Translations under genes and position numbers: made by a program
From: a virus
Strand: one strand, 5' to 3'
DNA length: 64,000 nt
IMG/VR virus record: IMGVR_UViG_3300010400_000005
Span: 7,352-71,351 of that record
Notes under the pieces: model-generated
The model's input: only the letters and a program-made list of their open reading frames with translations
Told to the model about the DNA's origin: nothing
Databases searched by the model: none
Shown here: positions 49,552-59,092 of the stretch, piece after piece
How the letters are laid out: every line of letters begins with the position of its first letter
Position numbering within the stretch: position 1 is the stretch's first letter

Positions 49552-50669
49552 TACATTACTCCCAATGCTTCTTTAATTTGTTCTTGTTGTGATAAGATCA
49601 ACTCAATATCTTCCATTTTAACAAAAGGTGCATGATATCTTTTAAGTTCATCAGATACTTCTGATTTAATCAGCATATCTCCCTTACCTAAAAGCATTTC
49701 AGCGCCATTTTCATCTAAAATAGTTCTAGAATCTGTTTTAGTAGGTAATCTTAGTGCAATTCGCGTAGGAAAATTAACTTTTGTAGTTCCACTAATAACA
49801 TCTACAGTAGATCTTTGTGTACAAGCAATAACATGCACTCCAGCAGCACGACAAACTTGCAAAAGCGCGCATAATCCAGCGATTACGTTTATATCTTTTA
49901 CTTTTCCTTTGATAATTAAATCTGCAAGTTCATCTATAATAAGAACTTTGAATTTCATCCTGTTTCCATTTCCGAATTTCTCATTAAATTCTAAAATATT
50001 CCTGCATCCTCTTGCTTCTAGAATTCTATTTCTATTTTGCACTTCCATATATAGACATTCGATTAATTCTTGCCATTCATCAGCTTCTCTTACCATTCTT
50101 TTTACATGAGGAAGATTTTGAAATAAAGTTAGATCTACTCGTTTAGGATCTACTAAATACAAATCTAAATCAGATGGTTGCATTTTCATTGATAACGCAG
50201 AGATAATTGCGGATTCAAATACACTCTTACCACTTCCTGTAGATCCTGCTATTAGAATATGTGGCTGTTTTTGTAAATCAATTGCAAATTTTTCGCCCTG
50301 AAAATCCATTCCTATTAGAATAGGAACAGACATTTTATTAACTTCTTCATCTTTTAAATACCAAAAAAGTGCATCTTTAAAGTCTACAATTTTCCTATCT
50401 TCATTTGGAACGAAAATTACTAGATTTCCCTTAACTCTACGAATGTCTATTGATTCTACTCCTAAAGCTAGTGCTATATCTTCCTCTTTAGAAAGAATTT
50501 TGTTAATAGGAGTTGAAGAATGAAAGGAAATTGGATAACCAGTAATAATTGGGCCAATTAAAGGTTCGCCTACTTTTACTTTGTTAATTCCTAAAGCTGT
50601 TAGTTTGTAGTAAATTTTTTCAGAAACAGTTTCACCTTTTGGATCAATTGGTTTTGTTTGGATTTCCAT
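49551..50669 (-). CDS. FtsK/SpoIIIE motor-domain ATPase
   Basis: PHILIAGSTGSGKS, VDPK, IIDELADL, RAAGVH...CTQR, NFPTRIA, DSRTILD..GAE.LLGKGDML. Confidence 0.92.
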   Translation of the reverse strand: MEIQTKPIDPKGETVSEKIYYKLTALGINKVKVGEPLIGPIITGYPISFHSSTPINKILSKEEDIALALGVESIDIRRVKGNLVIFVPNEDRKIVDFKDALFWYLKDEEVNKMSVPILIGMDFQGEKFAIDLQKQPHILIAGSTGSGKSVFESAIISALSMKMQPSDLDLYLVDPKRVDLTLFQNLPHVKRMVREADEWQELIECLYMEVQNRNRILEARGCRNILEFNEKFGNGNRMKFKVLIIDELADLIIKGKVKDINVIAGLCALLQVCRAAGVHVIACTQRSTVDVISGTTKVNFPTRIALRLPTKTDSRTILDENGAEMLLGKGDMLIKSEVSDELKRYHAPFVKMEDIELILSQQEQIKEALGVM

Positions 50670-51355
50670 TTTCGCTTCCTATACTAGAGAATAAGCTCTT
50701 TAGTAATTCCAAATCATCAGTATCGAAGCCAACTCCATCTATAGCTGAATAGTCTTCTAAACTAAACAAAACTCTATCTTGCTTATTCTTCCTCTGTAGT
50801 TGACATACTTGATATTTTTGAAAAATTATAAACTTACCATTCTCAGCTAAAATATTCCAATTCATAAAATCTCCTTTCTCAAAAACTAAATAACTCATAA
50901 CTTTTCATTCAATTTTTAGAAAGAATGAAAAGCTATCAATTATTCAAATTTTTCTCATCTTTCCTGCATCTAGTAAAATCTCTGTTATATCAGCATAGTG
51001 CCCCAGACATTGATTAGCAGTCAATTCAAACTTATCTTCAATTTCAAACTGAGTAAAACCAGAAACATTTCCTTTGGTATCATTTACTATGTTTTCTGAT
51101 AGGATTAATTCACTTGAATATAATGTTCCAGCATCATCTGATCTATAAACAATCATTCGTTATCTTCTCCTTCCATAGCTTCGCCATTTTTTATAATTCA
51201 TTTCCTTTCTCATCCAAAGTGAATTTATTATCCTCTAGCCCATCTGGGTATATAACAATATTTCCACCATTTCCTTCTTCTATTTCGAGAAAATCAATAT
51301 CGCTAGTAAAATCCTCAATAGCTCCTAACTGTTTAGCTGTTATCTTTATTTTCAT
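50644..51355 (-). CDS. Small hypothetical ORFs
   Basis: 50644-50898, 50944-51156 and a short acidic ORF starting near 51355. Confidence 0.45.
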
Positions 51356-51362
51356 TATCTTT

Positions 51363-52706
51363 TTATGCAGTTAAAAACTTAGCTGCTCCTTTCAAAGCAT
51401 TTCTAATTCCTGAATCTGTTACTTGCAATGACTTATTTCCACTAGCTAAATTCTTTAAGAATTCAGCATCAGCATCTTGAGTGCTAATTGTAAAAATTTC
51501 AATTCCAGATGCTTTTAACAATCTCCCATATTCTAAAATTTCTTCTTGCGTTGCATCAGTAGGTTCACCATCTGTAGCAATTAGAATTACTTTCTTAAAT
51601 CTCTGATAGCTTTTCCACTTATTACTTGCTTCCTTCATTGCTAGAAATAGTGATGTTGCGCCTCTTGCATAAAGTTGATTGACTGATTTTTCCCAATGTT
51701 CATTTATTTCTAATTGCAAATCAGTAATAACTTGCGCTTCATGGTCAAATCCAATAACTCCCACGGCAAATTGTTTAGAAATTGCATCTTTAGCAAAATC
51801 AATAGAACCTGCCTTTGCTTCTTGCATCTTTCCACCATAAGCCATAGAGCCTGATCTATCTAATAAAATCCAAACTTCGCCAATTCTATTATCTAATGGT
51901 TTATTTTCGTCAACTTGTTTTGAGATTTCAATATTTGCTTGTTTTTGTACTTTTTCACTTCGGTTTTTCGCAGTGAAATTAGCATATTTGCGCCCGATAT
52001 TCTGTACGTCTATATTTTCACCAATTGAAAAATTGAAAATAGCTGCATCTAAATCAGAATATTTATTTGGCATACTTGCAATAAATTCATCTATGCGATC
52101 GAATAAATCTTTATTTTGCTCAATCATTTCTGCATAGTTATCGCGCAATTTATTACCAAATCCAAACATGAAATTATCAACAAAGAAATTATCTCCCATC
52201 CAAACTTTGGGATATTCAACAAATTTCTTCGCTTTAATATCAAACCCCTTTTGACCTATCATTTTCTTAGCTTTTTCCATTTCATTATTGCAACATTCTA
52301 ATGCTATTGAACCTATTTTTTCGTACATTAGAATAGCAATATCTCTATTGAAGTCTACACCGTAGAAATTCAGCTTCCCATCTCTAGAATCAACTGTAAC
52401 TTTACATAGATTTCCAATAGCAATAGATGAAGCTAAGAATTCACTCCAAGGTTTGCGAGTTTCTTTAGGTCGTTTGCTTAGGAATACATTTTCAACTGTA
52501 GAAACGCCAATTAAAGGCTTATATTCAATTTCGGGATGAGATTTGAAGAAATCACTTTCTTCTAATCTATAAGTTGCCATTAAATCGCTGACTTTCTCAG
52601 CAATTAATGCAGCGGCACCTTCGTTTCCAAGTTTAGATTCACTATCTGCAAGATTCATTAATTTTTGAATCTTATCTTTGATTTGTATTAGTTTTTCTGG
52701 GTTCAT
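51363..52706 (-). CDS. DUF2786-like protein fused to a vWA domain
   Basis: KIQKLMNLA....E.A....LM..Y N-terminus; LLDRSGSM MIDAS, G.T, ILIATDGEPT. Confidence 0.8.
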   Translation of the reverse strand: MNPEKLIQIKDKIQKLMNLADSESKLGNEGAAALIAEKVSDLMATYRLEESDFFKSHPEIEYKPLIGVSTVENVFLSKRPKETRKPWSEFLASSIAIGNLCKVTVDSRDGKLNFYGVDFNRDIAILMYEKIGSIALECCNNEMEKAKKMIGQKGFDIKAKKFVEYPKVWMGDNFFVDNFMFGFGNKLRDNYAEMIEQNKDLFDRIDEFIASMPNKYSDLDAAIFNFSIGENIDVQNIGRKYANFTAKNRSEKVQKQANIEISKQVDENKPLDNRIGEVWILLDRSGSMAYGGKMQEAKAGSIDFAKDAISKQFAVGVIGFDHEAQVITDLQLEINEHWEKSVNQLYARGATSLFLAMKEASNKWKSYQRFKKVILIATDGEPTDATQEEILEYGRLLKASGIEIFTISTQDADAEFLKNLASGNKSLQVTDSGIRNALKGAAKFLTA

Positions 52707-54777
52707 TTGCTTAGAATCTCTCTTAATCGAGCTATATTTCCCTGTTCACAGATATTTATAATTTCAAAAGATCTTAAATCTGTATTATTTATTAATACTT
52801 TATCTAAATTCTTGAGTGTAAAAAATCTTTCTATATCGTGTTTCATTGTATCTTCATCTTGCTCAGATTGAGCAATTATTTCTAGTACAACTGTGAATTT
52901 TGTTGTTTTCATAGGTTAAAATCCTCATTGCTGCTTCTAATTCAATGAAAAAACAGAGTGTGTATGAATTAGAATTAGAAGCAGGATATGAAGATTCTTT
53001 CTATAAGAAGAAACCACACTGAATGATAAAATCAAAATCAAATGGTTTAGTTGGTGACTCTGTGGTAAATTCTTTACTCAAAGTATCATTTGGATAGAAT
53101 CTCTCATATACCTTCTTCTGCAAAGAATCATCATCGTTTGCTGAGTTGACATAAATCCCATTTAGCTCTCGAAGATCTCCTTCGACTATAGCAAACTTTG
53201 GTCGTTCATCTGGAATTTCAGTTAGAATTACTAATGTTTTCATTTTATTTCCCTCCAAAAGCAATATAAAATCGTCTACTACATCTCGCTTGCGCATTCT
53301 GATAAATTTTACATAATTTATCAGGAATCATTCCATTAGTTATTGAATTAGCACATTTAGCCTCTATGATTAAGAAGCTTGCTAATGATTCAGCATGAAG
53401 TTGTTCAGCTTTTGTGCGAAAGTAGTTAGGCATATTTACTCCTTAATTTCGTAAATTTATAAACATTGGAATTGGACTAAAAAATCCTGAAATTTGATTC
53501 ATAAATTTGTCAGAATCAAACAATCCTAGATTTCTAGTCTTAACAATGCCTGTTCTTTCAGCAACAGTATCAAAATCAAGGTCTGTTACCCTCGTTACAT
53601 TTTGTTTTTCTTCATTCTCAACAAATGAAGCACCTACAGTCATTCTTTGTTTTTCATTAAGTCGCATAAATCCTCCTTAAAGGTTTTGGAAATTCAAAAA
53701 CAATCCATTGATCTGTGCATTTATGCAAACTTCTCTCAATTTCATCTTCAAATTGAAATTTACAATCTGCGCAGATAACAAATGGATTATACTCTAATTG
53801 TTTCTTCACAATTTCTTGATTTCTTCTAATTTCTGCTAAAGTTTGGAATTCATAATTCACATTTGTTGTAAATGAAAATCCACCACTTTGCTTATTAGAA
53901 GAAAAATAAAGTGCTAAACAGTGTTGTCTAGCTACTTGACAACCTTTTACTGAATTCTCACCTTGAAATACTTCTATTCCTTCACCATCGAAGACTATTA
54001 TTGTATTTCCAGCTTCGATAGCGTTGAAATGATATTTCTTTAACTTGATTTTACCTTTGTCTAATTTCTTAGCAAGGCGAGAGAATTTTTGCTGTGGAGA
54101 GAGTTTGATTAACTCTCTTTTTGGTTTTGAAATTATTTTTGCAAATCCAATTTGAAATCTCATTAGACTCGCTTCCTTACTAAAATTTGAATTCTTATTT
54201 TCACGTTTGAATTGTTTATAATTATGCTTATGAAGGAAATTACTCAACTCAAACGTGATTTATAAATTTTCAAATTTGGTTAATGAGAAAAGGCAGGAAT
54301 TAGAAACCTAAAGCGCAAACTATTCTATCAAACCATAATTTGAGCCAGTGCTTTTTGACTTCATTGTAGATTTGTTGGTTTGTCATCTTTTAGAATCTCC
54401 CATTCTGCGGACAATCAGCCGCATGTTTGTAAGGTCTGTTTCTAGGTTGGAGATTACTTAATTTGCTATTCTTACCTATGCGAATTACATAAACTTTGCA
54501 CATTAAGCATCTTTGCTTGTCTCCAACGATTAAACGCCTAACTGATTTATCAGGCATTATTACTTGACGTTTCTGTGGTGTGTAGCGGGAGCTAAACATT
54601 TTCTTCTGTTGCCTCATGTGTTACAAATAATGCATGATGATCTCCTACTAATTGAAACACATAAATTGTTTGTGTCTTAGTAGCAGAAAGAAGTAATTGT
54701 CTAACTTGCTCTGTAGGTTGCCAAAACATACGTTTTACTTCATCTTTTGTAGAATCTTGTATCTCTACATGATACAT
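52703..54777 (-). CDS. Cluster of small early hypothetical genes
   Basis: ORFs 52703, 53001, 53245, 53443, 53657, 54390, 54592, several with GGAG/GGAGG RBS. Confidence 0.5.
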
Positions 54778-54893
54778 GGTAGAAACCTCCAGAAAAAGAC
54801 ATGCAATTGCCTTGCTTGCTTCTTAAAAATGCTTTACAAGTCAATTGTGTGAGCAGAATTTCAATCAAAATGATTGAATTAATCATTTAACAA

Positions 54894-54926
54894 AGAAAGC
54901 ATGATCTATACGAGCATCATGCTTTC
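54894..54926 (-). terminator. Perfect hairpin (terminator or processing site)
   Basis: gaaagcatgat-N10-atcatgctttc 11-bp stem downstream of ORF 54970, followed by ttgtt on the minus strand. Confidence 0.55.
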
Positions 54927-54969
54927 AAAGCTAAATCATTCAATCTTACCCCTATTTGTTCGTTATTAA

Positions 54970-55341
54970 TTAATCCTCTTCCTCTTCCTCTGCTCCTGGC
55001 CCTTTAACATTAGTGAATAGCTTAGAAGTATGCAGGAGTTGATTGCCATTGCCATCAACTAAAGCAACTTCGGTATTTTCTTGCATCATTGTTAGCGCAT
55101 AGTTGACCGCGCGGCCTATTGTAGTGCGTGAAGAGACTACTTCATCTTTATTTTCAGCCTTGCGTCCCTTACGTTCTACAATTTCCAATTGTGTATCGTC
55201 TGGAAAAGGATAGAAAATTTGAACTACTAGCCCATCTACACCATCAGCTGTATCAATCTTCGCATTTACTATAGCCTTTGGTAGTGCAGGAGCTACTTTT
55301 ACCTCTTCTTTATTGATTGTTGTCACTGAAAATTTTGCCAT
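54970..55341 (-). CDS. 123-aa protein with acidic C-terminal tail
   Basis: AAGGA RBS before ATG 55341 (MAKFSV); ends GAEEEEED. Confidence 0.7.
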   Translation of the reverse strand: MAKFSVTTINKEEVKVAPALPKAIVNAKIDTADGVDGLVVQIFYPFPDDTQLEIVERKGRKAENKDEVVSSRTTIGRAVNYALTMMQENTEVALVDGNGNQLLHTSKLFTNVKGPGAEEEEED

Positions 55342-55379
55342 TGTCTTAATTTTCCTTTTCTTCTCATGAGAGAACAATG

Positions 55380-55950
55380 TGATTGATATTTAGTTATACC
55401 GTCAATCAGTTTACGGCGGCTTAGCTGAACCTTTTAGCAAGTTAGCTTATCTAAGCTTACTCCTTTTGCAAGAATAAGCTTAGTAAACTGTCAATTGATT
55501 TTTCGTCGAGGATTTGCTTTGTTGTGTTGCTTACTTATGAAAAGTCAAGCTTGTTTGGCTTATTCCTCAGTTTGATACTGTCAATTGATCTTTATTCTCT
55601 ATCTCAAGAGATTTGATTCAGCTATTCTAATTCAGGTTGCTATACCTAAGCATTTTCATTGATTAATGCGCGGCTGAATATCGCGGATTAATCTATGCTT
55701 CGCTATCTTCCGGCTTTACGGCTATTTTAGCTTAGTGATACTTAAGTCAAACATGAGCGGCTTTTGTGTCGAATAAAAGCCTCATTAGTTTCTGTCAACG
55801 GAATTACATTCGGGTTAGCTAGACTTGCAACTTTTGTGAGAATGAATAAAAACTCACTGAGCAATTACCAGCTAATTACTGAAATAAATTTTCAAACCGA
55901 AAAACCTAAGACTGACAGAAAATAACTGTGCAACTTATGTTCCGCTATCT
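55380..55950 (-). ncRNA. Candidate large structured non-coding RNA
   Basis: No ORF of 60 aa or more; many nested stems with G-U pairs favouring the minus strand (see findings). Confidence 0.6.
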
Positions 55951-56540
55951 GTCTCTCTTACTACGCTGTGCTAATTGTTGATAAATAAGACGCTTGCAAG
56001 ACTGTTGCTCTATTGACACGTGTTAATTTGGCTCATGATCTATGGAAATCTATATTGGATATTTCCAATAGTTCATAAACTCTTATAAATCAATAGTTTA
56101 GTATTCAAATTGCTAAATGTGTAATTATTACTTGTATCAATAGGAAACGCGTGTTATTTCGACACACTTTAGTATGGTATGTAAGTTGCTAGTAATATAA
56201 GGATAGTCTCTCATTCTGATTGATAATTAAACATTTAATAAATGTGAGTAAAATAGTTATTCACTAATAGTCTTCATTATGACGTGTTAAAACTAGCAAG
56301 AACTACTGAGGATTAAATAGTCTAATGTTTTTCAAAAAATATAAACTAAGTTAAAATTCATTCTTCCTTACTAATATGATTATTCTATTATTAAATAATA
56401 TGAGTAATTCACCATCAAGTTTATTAAATGAAATTGAATATCATTATCAATAATCACTAGTAGGTTGTCTAAAGGGTTGTTTTTAGGATTTTGGTATTTT
56501 GGTATTTAGAGGTTCATTCGTAAATTTTTAAAATTTTTTT

Positions 56541-56726
56541 TTATTTTTCAAGTTTATAATAATCAAACTTACCAATTTCTTCGATTCGTTCCATAATACA
56601 CATTCCACATAACATTTCTGGTCGATCTGGATAAGTAATAAGATACCACAATTCGTCGGATATTAATAAATCAACTTTATAAATTCTTCCACAACCATGA
56701 CATTTACAACCTAATTCATTATTCAT
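56541..56726 (-). CDS. Small Cys-rich zinc-binding protein
   Basis: CHGCG..DELW..LCGMC. Confidence 0.65.
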   Translation of the reverse strand: MNNELGCKCHGCGRIYKVDLLISDELWYLITYPDRPEMLCGMCIMERIEEIGKFDYYKLEK

Positions 56727-56938
56727 AATAAAAATTCGTCGAATTGGCCCCTATAGGGCCATTTCTCTAGCAAAATTTATAATTTAGCGAATAAGTTATA
56801 GCTTGCGAATAAATTATATAAACAGTGCAATATAATTGCAACAATTAATTTTAAGTAGAAAATGTGAAAATAGATAGAAATTAGCAGGTAAGGTGAGCGA
56901 GATAATATAATTTATATATTTCTCTCTTTCTGTTTTAG

Positions 56939-56967
56939 ATTTTACTCATAAATCCATAACTTGTCAA
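56939..56967 (-). promoter_or_regulatory. Leftward sigma70-like promoter
   Basis: Minus strand TTGACA (56967-62), 17 nt, TAAAAT (56944-39). Confidence 0.7.
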
Positions 56968-57059
56968 GTGTCAATTTGACTTATAATTTGAAGGTGTCAT
57001 GCTGTATTATTTAACTACACAATGAGGTCAACTTGACCTATATGGTCTAAACAGCTTTG

Positions 57060-57068
57060 TGATATACT
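57060..57068 (+). promoter_or_regulatory. Rightward extended -10 promoter
   Basis: TGaTATACT about 40 nt upstream of ORF 57108. Confidence 0.45.
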
Positions 57069-57107
57069 CTTGACGTTGAGAGAATAGTTTTATATCACAA
57101 ATCTGCT

Positions 57108-57591
57108 ATGGAGTCAACAATGACATTTACTAACTTTCTACAAGTTTTAGCTTTTAATTTACTTTCTAACACAATTCCACTTTGTTTACTTCTTTTCTTT
57201 ACAGCTTATTTAATTATTAAGATGTATGAGAAAAGATTAGTTAAGTTATTTGCAGAAATTATTACTACAGCAGGAAATAGAAAACAACAATTGACTAATA
57301 GAGATTATGAGAGCGAAGATTATGATGTAAAGAGGTTGGAATCTCTAGCAAGAAATAAATAAAATGTCTTCTCTTCTTCAAAAATTAAAAGATAAAGCAA
57401 ACATTGCAGCTTCAACTAAAACAGAAGTTACTATTGTGCAAATCCCCGCAGATGCTAAATCTTTTGTGTGTAAAAATCATTTCACAGTTTCTCCTAAAGG
57501 TAAACAAGTAATAGTAAGAGTTGTACTTTCTTTTCTCCCAAACGAAAAGCAGCGAACTTGTGAATGCGGAATTATTTATAAAAAAGTTTAA
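57108..57591 (+). CDS. TM protein (57108-57362) and small Cys/His protein (57364-57591)
   Basis: Hydrophobic segment in the first; CKNH..CECG in the second. Confidence 0.55.
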
Positions 57592-57684
57592 AGATATGGA
57601 GTTTATAATATCTTCTTGCGAGGAAAGATATGAATCAGCGAGCCACTGAATAAACTCCACCCAATATTTTTCCCCCCAAATCTT

Positions 57685-58161
57685 ATGGCGCAAATAATTA
57701 TCTTATGTGATCAGTTTTATGAAATAAGAAAGCTTCTTACAAAGAAGAAATATATTGATCATAGAGGAAATGGGAGAGGAAATTTTAATAATGAATACCA
57801 AAGAAAGAGGCAGAGAAAATTCCAGCAGATTCAATTGTTTAAAACAGATGAGAGATTTAAAGAATTCTTTACTTGGGTATTCTCTATTCAAGATAGGTTA
57901 AAAATTACTAATATAGAATTTGCTAAACTATTAAATGTAACTCCACAAACAATCTCTTCATGGAAACAATATGATGGCCCGAATGGCGGTCAATTTCCTT
58001 CTAGAGGTGCTTTTAATAGATTAATTAAATTAGAAATAGCTTGTCAGATAGAGATTAATATTAAGAAAAGAAGAGTACCACTTAAAGATAAAGGGCTTCC
58101 TCCGGTTAAAATAAAGATACCAAGAGCTAGAATTAGATTAAAAGCAAGCTCTTATTATTAA
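57685..58161 (+). CDS. XRE-type helix-turn-helix regulator
   Basis: ITNIEFAKLLNVTPQTISSWK..PS. Confidence 0.75.
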   Translation: MAQIIILCDQFYEIRKLLTKKKYIDHRGNGRGNFNNEYQRKRQRKFQQIQLFKTDERFKEFFTWVFSIQDRLKITNIEFAKLLNVTPQTISSWKQYDGPNGGQFPSRGAFNRLIKLEIACQIEINIKKRRVPLKDKGLPPVKIKIPRARIRLKASSYY

Positions 58162-58162
58162 A

Positions 58163-58411
58163 ATGTGTGAAACTAAATATATAAATAATCTATTTGCTAC
58201 AATTCCAGCGCATTTTTCTACTCATAATAGGTTGCAAGTTAGTATGAAAAGATCTGATGGAGAAATATTTACTGCAAATTTAACAATGTTAACAACAGAT
58301 GAAGCAGAAAAAGTAAAGAAGCTATTTAATTATTTTGAAGAATTAAGAACTTGTTCTTGTACAAAATTTATTGTATGCGAGAAACATAGTGATTTAAGAA
58401 AGATTAACTAA
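58163..58411 (+). CDS. Hypothetical protein
   Basis: 82-aa ORF with C-terminal CSC....CEKH. Confidence 0.5.
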   Translation: MCETKYINNLFATIPAHFSTHNRLQVSMKRSDGEIFTANLTMLTTDEAEKVKKLFNYFEELRTCSCTKFIVCEKHSDLRKIN

Positions 58412-58430
58412 AGGAGGATAAAAGAAAGAT

Positions 58431-59003
58431 GTGTTAGGATTTCCAACACTTAGAGATGTGATTAAGAAGCTTGATATAATATCAGGCACAATTTATACGA
58501 TTGAGGGAATCGTAAGGAAGATATTTAATAGGGTAGATGATATTTCACTTAGCTTGACTGGATTGAAGACTATTCAGGAGAAACTAAACGAAATATTAAA
58601 AAAGTTAGAACCAGATAGATCCTCTTTACGAATTTCTAAAAATAAAATTGAAAACCTAATAATCAAAGGAGACATAAAAAGCATGAACTTGGATAATCTT
58701 CAACAGGTAACTCTTACACTTGAAGCAACTGATAGAAAGGGAAATCCTGCTAAAGTTGAAAGTGTAAATTGGGAGTCTACTGATACGTCAATTGCTACTG
58801 CTGAGCCAAATACAGAAAATCAACTTGAATGCACATTTAAAGCGGTAAAAGGTGCAGTAGGAACTTGTATTGCTCGTGCAACTGCTGATGCTAAATTTGG
58901 CGAAGAAACTAATAATCTAGTAGCAGAAGAAGCTCTTAATGTAACTGATCCAGAAGCACAAGTGCTTTCACTTAAAGTTGCTGAACCTGTTGATCAAGAA
59001 TAA
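58431..59003 (+). CDS. Ig-like (Big_2-type) domain protein
   Basis: VTLTL...D.KGNP....V.WESTD.SIAT..G...A.ATAD pattern. Confidence 0.65.
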   Translation: MLGFPTLRDVIKKLDIISGTIYTIEGIVRKIFNRVDDISLSLTGLKTIQEKLNEILKKLEPDRSSLRISKNKIENLIIKGDIKSMNLDNLQQVTLTLEATDRKGNPAKVESVNWESTDTSIATAEPNTENQLECTFKAVKGAVGTCIARATADAKFGEETNNLVAEEALNVTDPEAQVLSLKVAEPVDQE

Positions 59004-59092
59004 ATAATTCAAAGGTTAATGGAGTTTACGATTTCCTAGTTAATCAAGATAAAGTAGACTCCATTAATTTATATAGGAAAGATAAATAAAAT

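Noticed and set aside
51190-51355. Apparent frameshift in a small acidic ORF
   Set aside because: On re-reading the frame is continuous (..YPDGLEDNKF..GNEL*)
55407-55627. Resemblance to the c-di-AMP (ydaO) riboswitch (GCUGAAUC ... UCAGCUAA..CGUAA)
   Set aside because: The conserved G-rich core elements (GGGGGA, GGGGUGAA, GUAGGG/CCCGAA) are absent
55489-55797. Three minus-strand TTGACA hexamers as promoters
   Set aside because: No plausible -10 at the expected spacing; they fall within stems or repeats of the putative RNA
57597-57659. Hammerhead ribozyme
   Set aside because: Three-way junction, but no CUGANGA plus GAAA core in the right arrangement on either strand
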